A stretch of 64,000 nucleotides of DNA, taken from the NCBI GenBank assembly GCA_951406725.2, contig OX597822.1, forward strand, positions 55,924,001-55,988,000, given 5' to 3'. Source of the DNA: Octopus vulgaris (Eukaryota). The notes beneath the pieces were generated by a model, which saw nothing but the letters and a program-made list of their open reading frames with translations, did no database searches and had not been told where the DNA came from. Of this stretch, positions 13,842 to 27,706 are shown in pieces. A program made the translations under genes and the position numbers. Every line of letters begins with the position of its first letter. Within the stretch, counting starts at the first letter, position 1.

Positions 13842-13860
13842 ACACACACGCGCACACAAC
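12940..13860. repeat. Long compound (CA)n/(TG)n/(TA)n microsatellite
   Basis: Direct reading; source of the 333-aa YIYI ORF. Confidence 0.95.
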
Positions 13861-13895
13861 ATTATGAAATACTGTTCTAAACGTTTTCGACGAGG

Positions 13896-13964
<69 letters not shown>

Positions 13965-16900
13965 TATTTTAGTGGACTTTTGAGTGGGCGGCTTTACTCG
14001 AGCAGTTACAACAACATTATGAAATAAGAGAAAAACAAAATTGGCGATGGATGGAGACTATTGAAACAGAATAAAAAGTAATATGTCATTTTCATGTTTC
14101 ATCGCATAATGATTTCATTTCATTATCTGGCACTAAATGCCAAAATTCAATCGAGGTGTATTATGTTTACCTTGAATCCGTTTCAATGAAAACCTGCATC
14201 ACCTTTTACTATTTGCATGATGGCTCGAAAGAAGCATTTCATTGATTATAATTATGTTTTTGTCGTTGTTTACTCAACCAAATACCTGAATGACAGTGGA
14301 AACTCCTACAGCATTACATAGAAATATGAAACATTAAGACTCGATTTGAAAAACTTTTCTCTTTTCTCCCCCCCCATCTCTCTGTTTCCCTCTGTCTCTC
14401 TTTCTTTGGACTCCTAATATCTTACACCCATGCGTACACGTATTTGTGCGTGTATGTGTGTACATTTATAAGGATATACACATATGTTTCTTTAATATTC
14501 TGTATGTGTATAAATGAGTGTGTATCAATGCATCCCTGATTACATTCCAGTTATTCGCTTCCTCAAACTTCACCTTTTCCAAATGTACATAAATCCATTT
14601 AATGTGTACATTTTTGAAAACTTATTTGGTTATATTTATTTATGTAGGGGACTTCTTAGAGATATAAAGTGTGTGGGATAGTATTTAGCGTATGGTACTC
14701 ACGAACGCAAGATCGTGGTTTCGACTCCTGGACAGGGTGGTGCATTGTTTCTAAACCAAAACACTTCTGTCACACTTCTAATTCACATGTCTCATGTTAG
14801 GTTGGTATATATTACACCAAATCCTATTGATAATAAATTATAAAATAATGAGTCAAAATTAGTACAAAGTTTAACAAGTTCTTTTATTAATTCCAATATG
14901 AACTTAAGTATTTGTAATGAGGGCAACATTAGTCATGTCAACTATAAAAAGAAAACTTACAACTTTAATTACTAATTAATATATATAGCCATCATTATTA
15001 AAATTCCAGGGTTTTTTGTGTAAATATTAGAATACATCCAGCTCTAGAGTAATCTCTTGTTTTCCATCCCTTAATAATGCTCGTTATCAACTTTGCATAT
15101 TTATATAGCTGCTAAATTTTGCATATTTTATTAGTTACTGGTTATGCGCTTACATAGTATTCCTCGTATATTTTTTTATAAAACCACCGCCCATCTACAC
15201 CCTTCTTTACATCTATGCCGAGCATACATGTATATATCGCATAATCATCTCCCCACACCTACACAATTTGATTATGCATATAAATTGAAACTTCGAAGTC
15301 ACTTTTAAACAAATATAATAATTCAGTCTACTTAACGAATTCTTTTATTCTGTTATTTTATATACAACTTCATTGATATGTGTGTGTATATGTTTGTGTG
15401 TCTGTGTATGGGGATATCTAACGTTTTCCTATTAAATTCACTGGCAAGATTTCGAAAAAAAATACTCATAGCTAAAATACAGTTCAATTGTATATGTAGG
15501 TGCCTGACGAGTTCAGAATCCGAGAACGTGCGGTTGCAACGTAAACGCTTTGTTATCAATTAACTCCATAAATTATACTAAAACACAAAGCTAAGAGAAA
15601 CTAAGAAAACTAAGAAATAAACAATAGAACAGCAATGCACTTGCAAATAAACTATTGATTTTTTTTTCAGTTGAAATTATTCTGCAAGGTTATTCAAAAA
15701 ATAACTGTGTAATCTGTTCTATTTTGAGGAAAATATGACTTTGCATTCCATCAGTAAACAAATTTCAAAAGAAGATAACACGTGCTTCCTTGACAGTTTT
15801 ATGAACTGGTTGAAACAGATTACACATAAGTTATTTCATTCTCAAGTGTTCTTTTGCACCCGAGGTTGTCTTCCATTAACCTACTTTAATGTATTGTAAA
15901 ATTAAGACATTAACCAAACGAACGGAACAAAAGGAAATCATTTTTAAAAGATGCTTTATCAAATAATAAACATTCTAGAGTGGAGAGACACAGTCGATGT
16001 GCAAAATATAAGATGGCAGGAAGAAAAATCGATGAGAGGTGGTGTTTATATTGTCGTTTAAAAAGTATTCGCTTCTCACTGACGTTAATGGTTTTGAGAA
16101 AGGGTTAAATGATGCCATACACCCGCCTACAATTATTTTATGGTGTTTGATGTGTGCCTATTTAAGAGATTTATACGTGTGTTTCTTATTAGTTCATAAG
16201 GATGCTAATAAAATAATCTTGTAAATGAGTGTAAACGGAAACATTAAAGTCAGGGAAATAGCATTATTTTAAAGTTAGGAAAAATTATCACAATAAAATT
16301 CACGGAACAGAACAAATCAATGTGATGAAAAGCAAATTCTCCAAATGCTGGAATTCGCTTTTAATCACACGGGAACTTATCGAAAATTCACAGGTTCAAA
16401 CCCATAAATCGAATATGAAGGTAGTTTTCACTAGGTTTCTACGGCATTATTTCTTCTTGGTGTATAAATAAGTACTAAATTGTCTGTTTCTGGCTAATTT
16501 ATGTACGTCTTGCCCCTGGTATTATATATTGTTTAGTTAAAGAGTAACTGTCTTTAGTTCTACAGTGGTTGAAGTGGTGAATAATCTCCGAAGAGTCTAG
16601 ATGTTCTGAAAGGTAATTTGTGGTAATTATTCTATATTTTCTTTGTATGGAATATTTGCAGTCCTGTCTTCCCGTTCATTTAATTTACATAAACATAATA
16701 TTGTAATGCCAAATATTGTGGAGCCATTGTTTTGCGTTCTCAGTTATTCAATATCACGATTAAAGAAAGTAGATTTACACTACCTAGGCTCATGTACGTC
16801 TATTTGCTTTTTCGCCGATAACGTATGCATTGAAATTTTTTACTCCTCGAAGGTAAATTAAAATATATTCAAAGAAAGATATGTCCGTAGAAAAACATAT

Positions 16901-17419
16901 TTGTTGCAATACAAATTGGCCGAACGACAAATTGGTGAATTAAATATTAATGGAATAAAAGGCAGAATAGTTGTCGAATTGTTAATATTTTTAAAGTTTA
17001 AGGTAATTTATAAATTGAAAAAATGCAATAAATAATTAGAACTTGCCCTACATATTTAGTAGACAACATGAAATGTAGCTACTTTTTTTGTAATTCTAAA
17101 TGAATTTAGTTAGTTATGCCAGCGTAATTAAAATTGAGTAGACGCTGCATACATATAGACGTGCGTTTTGTCCAAAGCATTGTTTCACCCAAAACACTGG
17201 TCACTGAGCGGACATTGAGACTTATTTTTACAGTTACACCATGCTTTGTCGATATGTCAGAGTAGGATTGCCAGAAATTTTACGACTCCGTCTGTAGGGT
17301 TGCTAGCAAAATTTGGGCTACTGAGGGGTTTACATGAGAGAATATGCTACAGTGTGATTGAAGCTCCGAGACATAATTAATGTCACAGTGGTACAGGACA
17401 TCAATGATACTCAAGACAT

Positions 17420-17620
17420 AATTTAATTTCGTATCATGTAATGCTACTGTAGTGGATACAAGGTTAGGCAGTGTACAGTAGGCCAATTTGACTGTATGCC
17501 TATTGAAAATTTTCTTGTACCTGCTAGATGAATGGAAATATTTTTCAAAATCCCGAAAAATCTTTGCGGGAATATGGTAGAAGCTGAAGTTCAAAAATGG
17601 GGATAAATCACAATATATTC
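17420..17620 (-). mobile_element. Penelope-like element fragment (RT C-terminal region)
   Basis: FEKYFHSSSRYKKIFNRHTVKLAYCTLPNL resembles the PLE motif KHFP..HKLHKIFNRNTVKVSYSCMPN. Confidence 0.65.
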
Positions 17621-17706
17621 CTATGTGAATTACGAAAACGTTGTAACATATATAAAATATTAAACACTTTTATCTTCTTACATCTTCTTGCCATATCATA
17701 TGTGTA

Positions 17707-18136
17707 TGAGGGGGTACCCAAGAGAAACTGGAATTTTGCAATATTATTTTATTCACTCGGTCCAGACGAGTTTTCCACTGTTTGAAGCAGTTCCAGGACT
17801 GCTTGCAAAGTGTTACCTTTTAACGCCTCCGTCATTTTTCTTCGTCTCTCCAACATCTGCAAAACGTTTTCCTTTAAGGACCCTTTTCATTCGAGGGAAC
17901 AAAGCCGCAGGGAGCAAGATCGGGTAAATAAGAAAGGGTGGGCAAGCGAGGTCATGCCATTTTTAGTCCCTAACTATCTCACACCCAAAGTGGTGTGCGC
18001 AGGTGCATTGTCGTGATGTAATCATCACTCTCCACTTTGCCACAGGTCAGGTGTTTTCGTTTCACCGCATCTCGCAAACGCTTCGCAACTTCCAAATCAA
18101 ATGTCTGGTTAACAATTTCACCAGAAGGAACAAATT
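17707..18136 (-). mobile_element. Mariner transposon 3' part (family M1) with TIR
   Basis: Minus strand reads FVPSGEIVN..HHDNAPAH..FPRMKRVLKGKRFADV; TA|TGAGGGGGTACCC terminus. Confidence 0.85.
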
Positions 18137-18834
18137 TTGACCCCTGAACAGAAATGCACCAGGTGCACTTTGTCCACGAGCAAACTGGAACTGTTTGAAG
18201 CCGATGAAAAGAATTTTCTTGCTCGTTTTATTACTATGGACGAAAGTTGGGTTCATCACTACCAGCCTGAAACCAAAGAACAATCAAAGCAGTGGAAGCA
18301 CACATCTTCTCCTACCGCAAAGAAGTCCAGGTCATTCCTTCAGCTGGCAAGGTCATGGCGTCAGTTTTCTGGGATTCTCAAGATATCTTGCTGATCGATT
18401 ACCTTGAAAAGCGACACACCGTGACATGGCTGTACTATTCTCATCTACTGTAATGCCTCCAGGAAGCAATCATAGAAAAAAGGCCAGGAATGCTCACCAG
18501 AGGAGTCCTTTTTCATCACGACAATGCTCCGGCCCACACCTTAATGGTTGCTATGGCAACAATTCCTGATTGTGGATACGAACTTGTTCCCCATCTGCCT
18601 TATTCGCCAGACTTTTCTCTATTCCCCAAAAGGAAAAAAGCCCTGGATGGTTGCCATTTTCCTACTAACAATGATGTCATAGACACTGTAGGAAGTTTCT
18701 TAGAGTCTTAATCAAAAGAGTTCCTCTGTGCCAGGATAATGGCACTTCAAAGGCGACTATGTTGAAAAATATATCATCAGAATTCTTGTACTATGTTTTT
18801 TTTTTCAGGCTCAAGACTTTTCATACACCCCTCG
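18137..18834 (+). mobile_element. Mariner transposon 3' half (family M2) with TIR
   Basis: ITMDESWVHHYQPETKEQSKQW, FHHDNAPAH, HLPYSPD; ends CATACACCCCTCG|TA. Confidence 0.9.
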
Positions 18835-18859
18835 TAACACGATTTGAAGCCAATATTGT

Positions 18860-18930
18860 TTGTATGTATGTATGTATGTATGTATGTATGTATGTATGTA
18901 TGTATGTATGTATGTATGTATGTATGTATG
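18860..18930. repeat. (TATG)n microsatellite
   Basis: Direct reading. Confidence 0.95.
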
Positions 18931-18949
18931 TCTCTTCTATTTTTTAATT

Positions 18950-20040
18950 ATTATAAATCTTCCATTGATGAGGGAGCCGGTTTCCAACAGTGATACAAGG
19001 TTCCATATTTGAGATGTAGTTAACACAGACAAATTCACATTTGGAACTTGAGAAAAGTCTTGCATAATTTTACGTTCCACTCACAGATTGCGCTTGTAAT
19101 GTACGAATCAGCCAGTCAGTTTCTCTTTCTGAAAATCCCAGTTTATCCAGATCCTCCATTAAGCATTTAATAACAAAACCTAGTACTCCAATTATTATTG
19201 GTATGAATAAGAATTCATAGTCTGGATGTAGAAGCTGGACGTTTCGAAGCAGTTATCCATAGATATCCTCTTTTTCTTTGATTTTCAAAGAGATATTTAT
19301 ATCTACAGGTCAGTTGACCTCTATGATGGTACATACCTTTGCCGCTCCGTCCCAAACAATAATATCCGGGCTGTTATGTTTACATTTGACAGAAGTTTTG
19401 ATGGGAATATTCCACCAGTTATCTTGAGTTGGTGTTTAATAATGTATTCCATAATATAACAGGGATTTTCTAAGTTTATTCCAAGACAGTCTTTCTTGCG
19501 GATGACATTGTAAATTCTTTTAGCAACAACATCGTGGCGCATAGGGAGGTAGAACCATGGCGACATCTTAGGACAACTACTACTTACATAGGTAATGTCT
19601 TCCACAGAAACATGACATAGCCTACACATGCGGTTGCACCTTGGGATTACAAGAGCGTCACTATCTTGCTCACCAGGTACTTTGAGGAAATCTCCTGTTC
19701 CTGGATCGCAAAAGCATAGTCTTCTAAGTGTGATGTGATGTAGTGGTCTTGTGTCCAAGGGAGGCCGCGCTTCGTGTTAATTCTACTGTTTTCTTCAAGC
19801 TTTTGGGCAACATACCCATGGAGTATTTTGTATGTTGAGTGCTCTCCATCCAGGTCTTCTTTGAGGTAAGAGAGCCCAGCTGTACTGGGCTTGTATAGGA
19901 GGTCATCAGGAACAAAGTGTGTCTTTAGAAGTTCACTGCCAACTCGTACAATATTGCTCACTTCACTTTTCAGTACTGCATTAATATATTTATTTTTGCT
20001 GCTGTTGTTTAGCAGTTAATTTTCTTTAGGAAATGGAACA
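18950..20040 (-). mobile_element. R4/Dong-like RLE retrotransposon 3' fragment, family 3
   Basis: AFAIQEQEISSKY, CRLCHVSVEDITYVSSSCPKM..RHDVVAK, PDIIVWD, IPIIIGVLG, KLCKTFLKF. Confidence 0.85.
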
Positions 20041-20159
20041 TTGATTATTGATGGAAACAAATCCACGTTTCTATGAATGTGTAAGCGCTCGTGTATGTGT
20101 ATATGAAACTGCCATATATGTATCACTGCCATCTATGTATCATACTTAATGTCCATACA

Positions 20160-20330
20160 CTGTTGACAAGCTAGTTAATACAGTATTTGTCCTGAGGAGA
20201 GAGCAAGTCAAGTGGGAATACCACCTTGTTCGAATTCCTGACACACAACGCCCTAAGAGGCTGTTTTACTATGAACTGTTTTACTATGAACTCCAAAAGC
20301 CAATAAAAGAGTTTCTGTCATGGTATCTAC
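20160..20330 (+). mobile_element. RTE-clade LINE 3' coding fragment
   Basis: QVKWEYHLVRIPDTQRPKRLFYYEL resembles RTE QLRWAGHLVRMPDTRLPKRLFYGEL. Confidence 0.65.
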
Positions 20331-21198
20331 CATATCATAGTTTGTTCTAACAGATCATCCACGCTGAAGTGGGGATATATAGTACCTCCCGGCATTAATA
20401 CTGCCTTTGTCGCCAATATGTATTTATTTTTAATAAATTTCAATGTAAAAAACTGAATTAAACTCTGATTTTTACATGGACGAAGTGATTCGAATATACA
20501 ATTAAGATGAAAAAACAAATCCTCCACTGAGTTAAATTTTGGAATGAGTTTTGTTGCGTGTAAACATACTTTCAAGGAGTAAGTAGAACAAGCAAAGAAT
20601 ATGTTTAGTTTCCCTGCAAGAGGATTTCTTGCAAAACAACAACAACAAAAAAAATTGTGTAGAAAGTGCTGCATCAGAAATTAAAAAAAAAAATAATTAG
20701 CGATTCTCATGGCAAGGACTTAGCTTAGAATTCAGTTGAGATTTTGGAGACGAAATATGGCAGGCACCTCTTGTTTTTGATATAGTGGCCATTAAATTGA
20801 ACTATTTCGTGTGTGTGTTTGTGTGTGTGTGTGTGTTCGTGCGTGTGTGTGTGTGTGCGTGTGTCTGTACGTGTGGTAGAGTAATCGCCTCAAAGTTTGA
20901 AATAGAGGTTATATTTTTCTTGAGATGCAGTATCCGCCTGCGTGGCTGTTGTCCATCTGTGAGTTTTGTGTTATGTGAGAGGTAATGGGAATCTTGCGAG
21001 TAATACCGATAAATGCACACATACACAAAGACACAGACACACAGACAATATATAGACGTGGTTGAATATGATAAATTTCTGGACTTGTGTTCCACTTTTG
21101 CTAGATACCAATATTTATTGTTCATTATAAATATAGGGTGAAAGTTTAATCTCAAAGTATTCTCTACTCTATGAAGAGAATGTTATATCTGTTATTTG

Positions 21199-21263
<65 letters not shown>

Positions 21264-21525
21264 TACATACATACATACATACATACATACATGCATACAC
21301 ACACTTAAACTATATACGCTTATAAATAGTTTGATTTGCGCGCGCTTGTGTTGGTATGGAGATTATTTGCAGCTTGGGGTTTCTTAGTTTGGTTAAATAT
21401 GCGTGTGTTGATGGAAAAAAAAAGCAAAAAATCATGGAATACTGATTAATGATTTTACAGTGTTAGAAAGTATTTTTGTGTTTCGTTAAACTGATTTTAG
21501 ATGAGACAACCAGAATAGCACTCAC

Positions 21526-21765
21526 TTTGAAATAATGGGATTGGAAATTACTGTGCAAATGATCAAAAACGTCGCTAAGGAATCAAACCGGAAAGATGGA
21601 GAGTAAGAAGAGTGAGGAATAAGAAGCATAATTTTGACGCAAAACGTAAGAGATACTATAGCGATTTTCACCATCAAACGCGAAAAGTTCCCATAAAAAT
21701 AGTTAATATTGACATTAAGATATTTATAAAACAAGGAAGACCAATTAAGTTCAGGCAACACAATA
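21526..21765 (-). CDS. Candidate isolated exon of an unknown gene
   Basis: Acceptor ctttctttcAG, donor GTGAGT, 240 nt with one open frame; no recognisable homology. Confidence 0.25.
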
Positions 21766-22137
21766 CTGAAAGAAAGCGATAAGCATTTTACTGCGTGGGC
21801 GAGAAACAATATTCTGTGGATTAAACAGAGCGGACGAAAATCTCCTTGATATATGTGATATTAAATTGGAGATACGCCAGCAGACAGAGTAAATACTACT
21901 GGGCTTGATTGAATTGTTTTATAGCCAGGCAATTACTTGTGCAATGTTTCCTACCTATAATTATGCAGTAATGAAAGGTTGTCACAAAGCGAGGTCTGTG
22001 GAATATCAGTTAGATGCATATGCCGTTTAACATAAATCAGCACCATCTATCTGTCTACCTTGCTGTCTCTATTTTTCTCTCAAATCATATACATACATAC
22101 ATACATACATACATACATACATACATACATACATACA

Positions 22138-22168
<31 letters not shown>

Positions 22169-22352
22169 TTATGTCTCCGCGCACGTGTGTTTATAGTAAG
22201 ATAGATACATAGATATAGATATATATACGTTATATATGTATTATGATACATATATACACACACACGTATTATGATACACACACACACACATATATATATA
22301 TACATATACATATATATATATACATATACATATATCTACATATATATGTATA

Positions 22353-22401
<49 letters not shown>

Positions 22402-22881
22402 TATATATATACACATTCACATGTGTATAGATGCACGTGTACATATATGTTTCTTTTTTTATTATATATGATAGATGATACACAAGTCAGTGGTTGGGGC
22501 TTATCTAACAATATAATTCAATAGATACATATATTGCAAATATAGAGACACATTATCTATTTGTGTGTGTGTATGTGTGTATGTAAATAAATATATATGA
22601 AAATATCCATAACGTATTTTTGATGATATAGAGTTCATTTCTAAGACAATAAAATACCTACATATCTTTGGTGTTTTTGTTTTGGGTTTAGCTTTCTTCA
22701 GATAAAGATTCTACATAGACCAAAAATAAAAAAGTGAAAAAAAAAAACAGAATAAAAGAGAAAATAAAGTAAATTTATTCTTTCTTTCTGGGGAAGTATC
22801 AAATGATTAATAAATAAAAAAGAAAACAAACATGAAACAAATATAAAGGATGTCAACCGTTTTCAAAAGTACCACTCCTTA

Positions 22882-23708
22882 CAGAATGCGGTGAATAAAT
22901 TGCCTAAATTACGCAAAAATGAAAATAACACAGAGATGTTATTTAACAGATATATTTACCAAAATTACATAAAAATATCTCGAAATACTAAAGAGTAAAT
23001 TCAGTCAATGAAATCGCATTGTCTTCAACCACGACCTCCAGACGTCTTCGGAATCTCCTGCAACTCTTCTGGGTGGTCTCCTTGTTTAAGTTGGTGAACA
23101 CTGCCATAACCCTTGCCTTCAGTTCATCTTTGCTATTACAAGGAGTTTTGTTGGTCTCGCGCTCAACTGCACCCCATACATGATATTTAGAGGGTTGCAG
23201 TCTTGAGAGTTAGGTGGCCAGATGTTAGGGGTGATGTGGTCGCAGAGATTGTCTCACATCCATGACTGGGTTCTTCTGCTTTTGTGGCATGGTGCAGAGT
23301 CCTGTTTCCAGACATAAGGTCTTCTAGCAGCAATCCACTTGACCCAGGGTATCACTACCTCCTCCGGTCACTTGATGTAGGCCGCCGAGTTGTGTGATCA
23401 CACTATGATGTTGACTGAATTCTTGATTTTTATTATTTGCGGTACATGTTCTCAGATTGCACTGTCCTCAGATTGACACTCAAACCCTCCGAAATGTTCG
23501 TATTGGAGATTCCGGAGCAAATGCCAAGCAGTACAGCATGTCATTTTCAAATTTCTGGCTGAGTGAATTGCGTCGTGGTGCTGTTTTTCTTACAGACAGT
23601 ACCCAACTGACCCTACTGTGCTGTGTAGTCGACAAAGTTAAAAACAATTAATGCGCATGAACAAAATAAAAAAATACAAAATGACGATAATTTACCCATC
23701 GCTCCCTG
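22882..23708 (-). mobile_element. maT/DD37D Tc1-mariner element, internally deleted
   Basis: QDSAPCHKSRRTQSW..WPPNSQDCNPL gives a 37-residue spacing to the third catalytic position; TA-flanked CAG termini; homologous to 53970-54816. Confidence 0.88.
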
Positions 23709-24428
23709 TAGATATCATTGACTCCTGTTTACAGGGCTTAGATACCACGTTATGGAAAATATACTTTACAAACGTCACTAATGTTTTTCATAAGAGCATG
23801 ATCATCACAAAACCTCATTTTACTGCACTATTTTTTTTTAGTTGAATGTGTAAGAAATTAAAAAGCCATATTCTAGCAATGTGTATTAAGACACATATAG
23901 AGGATTAAAACTACACATTACATTCGTTGAAATTATGAAGATTAATTTAAGTTACAAATATAAATTCATCTTACTTTAGACTGATTTGTATTGGCTTTGT
24001 GAGAGGTAAGCGAAAGTGCTTTAACGGAAGTGTAAATAATATATTTTTAGATATTTACTAAACTTTTCTTTATGTACAGTTACTGGATTTTTTTCTCCAC
24101 ATTTCAAAGAAAAAGAAACCGAGCGAGTATACCTGCAGCAAGAAAATATACATCAGCCTAAGAACTTACGCTCCATTGTATTTCTCCAGCTTATCCTACG
24201 ACATTAAAACCTTTCGTGCTTGGAGAAAATCATAGGAAGTCCTATCAAAGATTAACTTAAGTGTATGTGTGTAGTGCAGGGCATTAAGAAGGCTATTATC
24301 TAAATGATATCTAAATGATAGCAAGCTAGACACGAAACTAACGTACCTATAAATCGTGCATTTAAAGATTTTAGTAATTTTCTTCTATAAAGAGATTTGA
24401 GCTCTTGGTAATAACTTCCGTAAGTACG

Positions 24429-24462
<34 letters not shown>

Positions 24463-24472
24463 TATATATATA

Positions 24473-24509
<37 letters not shown>

Positions 24510-24864
24510 TATAATTTAAGTGGCTCGCAACAATTAAGATGTGGAAGTTGATAGTGAAATGCTATCATGAGACACGCACTTATCACTTGTTCTGGTTCCA
24601 CGATTAACTCCTACATTAACACTCACTATGATGTTAAATACAATTACTTCTATGAGAGTTACAGAAACTCTCACTAACACAGATGCAAAGTAAATTCAAA
24701 ATGTTTGTTTTTACAGATGTTTTAATATTTATTTACATAGACGAAGAAATGCACTACTGGCCATCCTAGACCGAAGAGATTGATGCTCGTAGTGTTCCTC
24801 TTGTACATTTGCAAATTAATGCGTGTGAATAAGACAAAAAAACATAGAGATTTCTAACGGTCAA

Positions 24865-25080
24865 TGTTCTGTAAAGGAAGGTCTGGGTCTAGACATTAGC
24901 TTAGCGGAGTAGGAACTGGGGCTGGTTAAACACGACAGAACTGGTGAGAGGTAGAGAGGCATGTGGGTCGTGAATGCCTAAGTGGAGGTGGAATGTGCAG
25001 AGGCTATTGTTATGATGGTAGAAAAGGCAGAAAGGGAAGGTAGTGAGGTATAGGCTGAAGTTTGTCTGTGAGTGACTTCC
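24865..25080 (-). mobile_element. CR1-group LINE 3' fragment
   Basis: Minus strand LTDKLQP..SLSAFSTI..HSRPTCLSTSHQFC resembles CR1/Crack-like C-termini. Confidence 0.5.
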
Positions 25081-25489
25081 TGCTAATCAATAGGGAAATT
25101 TAGTGCAGAGAAAGTAAGAGGATAAGACTCATATAAACTAATCATTGTGATTTATCGTATAGAGAATGAAATACGAGAATGAGAGAAGAGGAAAAAATAT
25201 AGTAAAAACTGAGATATATGATTATTTACTGCGTAGAATAGAGTGCGATATGGGGGTTTTTTTTGCCCCCAAGTAATGTTTGCAAATAATGTAGACTATG
25301 AATAATGGAAACTTATCCGACAAACCGCAAAGCAGATAGTGGGAGAAAAGAAAAATATATGGAATGAAAAATAGATTTCGGGCAGTGAATGAGAAAAAAA
25401 TATATTGAAATAAATAAACAATTGTGACATACCGATAATGTAGAGACAAAAGGAAGAGACAGACTATAGCAAAAAGCGAAATATTATTA

Positions 25490-25542
<53 letters not shown>

Positions 25543-26188
25543 GACACTTGAAGCGTACACATATGTATTCATTGTGGTCCGATATATATACTATATTTAT
25601 AACATTACCAAATGAAATTTTCTTTAGTGTGTTTGCTAAAAAGGATTTTTATACTCTGAAGAAAGCTTGTTCTCGATAGCTAGAGGCAGACAATCATAAA
25701 GTAAGTTTGTTTTTTAAAAATATTTTAATATCTATTTACATGCACGACATTTTGACTTTCAAAATGGCCGCCAAACATAAATACGATACACGACAAAACA
25801 CTGCAACAGCTAACTAGGAAAAATAACAATAAAAATGCAAAAGACAACTAAATGAACAAAATGAAAGAAATTGAACATTTCAATGAATGATTGATGAGTA
25901 AAAATGTTTCAGTGTCCCAGGTAGTTTTGGAGATAAAGAATGATAACAATAAAATACCTCATAGAAGAATATAAAGCTAATACTGCTTTAGTTATACAAC
26001 GAATACAACAGAATGAGTATTTAGACTTTTAAAATTCAATACAGTTCCAATTGATGGTAATTCAGAGGATTTTGTCAGACCGATCACTGTTTGCCGCAAG
26101 ATCTAGTCTGAGAGGGAGAACAGGGATTGAGAGAAAGAGTGAGTTTTAGGGAGAGAGGAGGAGATGAGAGAGGGAGGTATATTAGAGG

Positions 26189-26231
<43 letters not shown>

Positions 26232-26239
26232 CAAAGGAA

Positions 26240-26800
26240 AAGTTGATAAATCTGCGCTTTAGAAAAGATGACCCAGGACTGAATTTAATATCCTAATAGG
26301 AATACAGAAAGCTCTTCAAAATTTTTCGGAAGCAATCCTCTCCACCAAAAGAAGTTGGAATTCTTTGACATACTTCCTGTATAGTTGTGCTCCTATATAT
26401 GAAGCAAAGAAATGCAAGAATTATCATAAGAAACATTGGAAACTATGTAGATCCGTAGCTGGTTATATCACAATATGAATGAATCGTTAAAACAGGACTA
26501 AAGACAGACAGAATGTACTCAGAGTATAACACAATAGATTTGCGCGTCCTAATAGCTACAGAAGTTCATAAAACCACTTTGGAATTGTTCCCAGTTTGAA
26601 CAAATAGCATAATAAAGAGCGTAACTGTACATTGCAAAATAAATAGTTGCTACATTAGAGGTAGAAAGGGCCAATTCAATGCCTCTCGCTCTTAAGAGCT
26701 ACAAAGACTCGGTTAGAAAACACGAAAGGAAAGTAAGTGACTATCAATCAAAAGCCCGGGAATGGCTGGAGAGATTGCTTTCTGACGGTTCTAAAAAAAC
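26240..26800 (+). mobile_element. Highly degraded possible RLE-type retrotransposon fragment
   Basis: TDRMYS-like motif resembling ..DRLY; otherwise weak. Confidence 0.25.
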
Positions 26801-27532
26801 GTCCCATTCCCTAACAATAGTAACAAATGGTATGATACTCCAAATGTCCCAGGAAAGTGTACAAAGTGTCGAAGAAAACTCTAAGGAAAGACAAGGGGAT
26901 TGTCAACAAAAAGAAATTCAGTATCAAACGACTAAAATGGGTGAGGGTGACCAACTTTCACAAAACCATAAATCAACAAAAGAGAAACAACTATAAAAGC
27001 AAGAAGATAAAATGAAAGATGGAGAGCTTAGACTTATGGTCCTTCCAAAATGCTGACAACTTGCAGATGAGAACTACATAGTTATATTACCATAGACTAT
27101 CCTGCGAAGTAAAAGTACCACAAGTACAGTTTTTCAATTATGCAAAGTATAACATCTTTCTTCCCGCTATGCACTAATGTAAGCTATTAGTCCTTACCCC
27201 GTCTTTTTCTTTATAAACTCTTTGCGTAACGATTTTTTGTACGTCCATGTAGATCTACGATCACTTACGGCTACTTAAGAAAGCGAATTTTAAAATGGCA
27301 GCAGACGTGAAAGGCACGGCGATTTAAGTAAAGGTATTTTATAATTCCATCTAATTTTCCAATTAAGTGTTCTAAAATCGTTGTTTGTTTTCCGTAGGGG
27401 ACAGAGAAACTATGGAAATACTCGACATTTTGGACCCAGAATGGACTATACGCCCTTTCCAAACTCTAACCTCCAAAATACTTCTTCAATACACATATTC
27501 TAATTTCCCAACATGAGTAAAAATTTTCAGTC

Positions 27533-27586
<54 letters not shown>

Positions 27587-27650
27587 TTATATATATATAT
27601 ACATATACATATATATATATATATATATACATACATGCATGCATACATAC

Positions 27651-27706
<56 letters not shown>

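Noticed and set aside
12879-13880. 333-aa ORF and the many YIYI/THTH/CVCV/poly-L ORFs
   Set aside because: Translations of stop-free microsatellites, not genes.
15500-16900. Possible minus-strand DNA transposase remnant
   Set aside because: Only vague motif traces; cannot be assigned without a profile search.
25653-25686. CTGAAGA..GATAGCTAGAG hammerhead-like string
   Set aside because: GAAA is mutated and helix I is unpaired; too degenerate to call.
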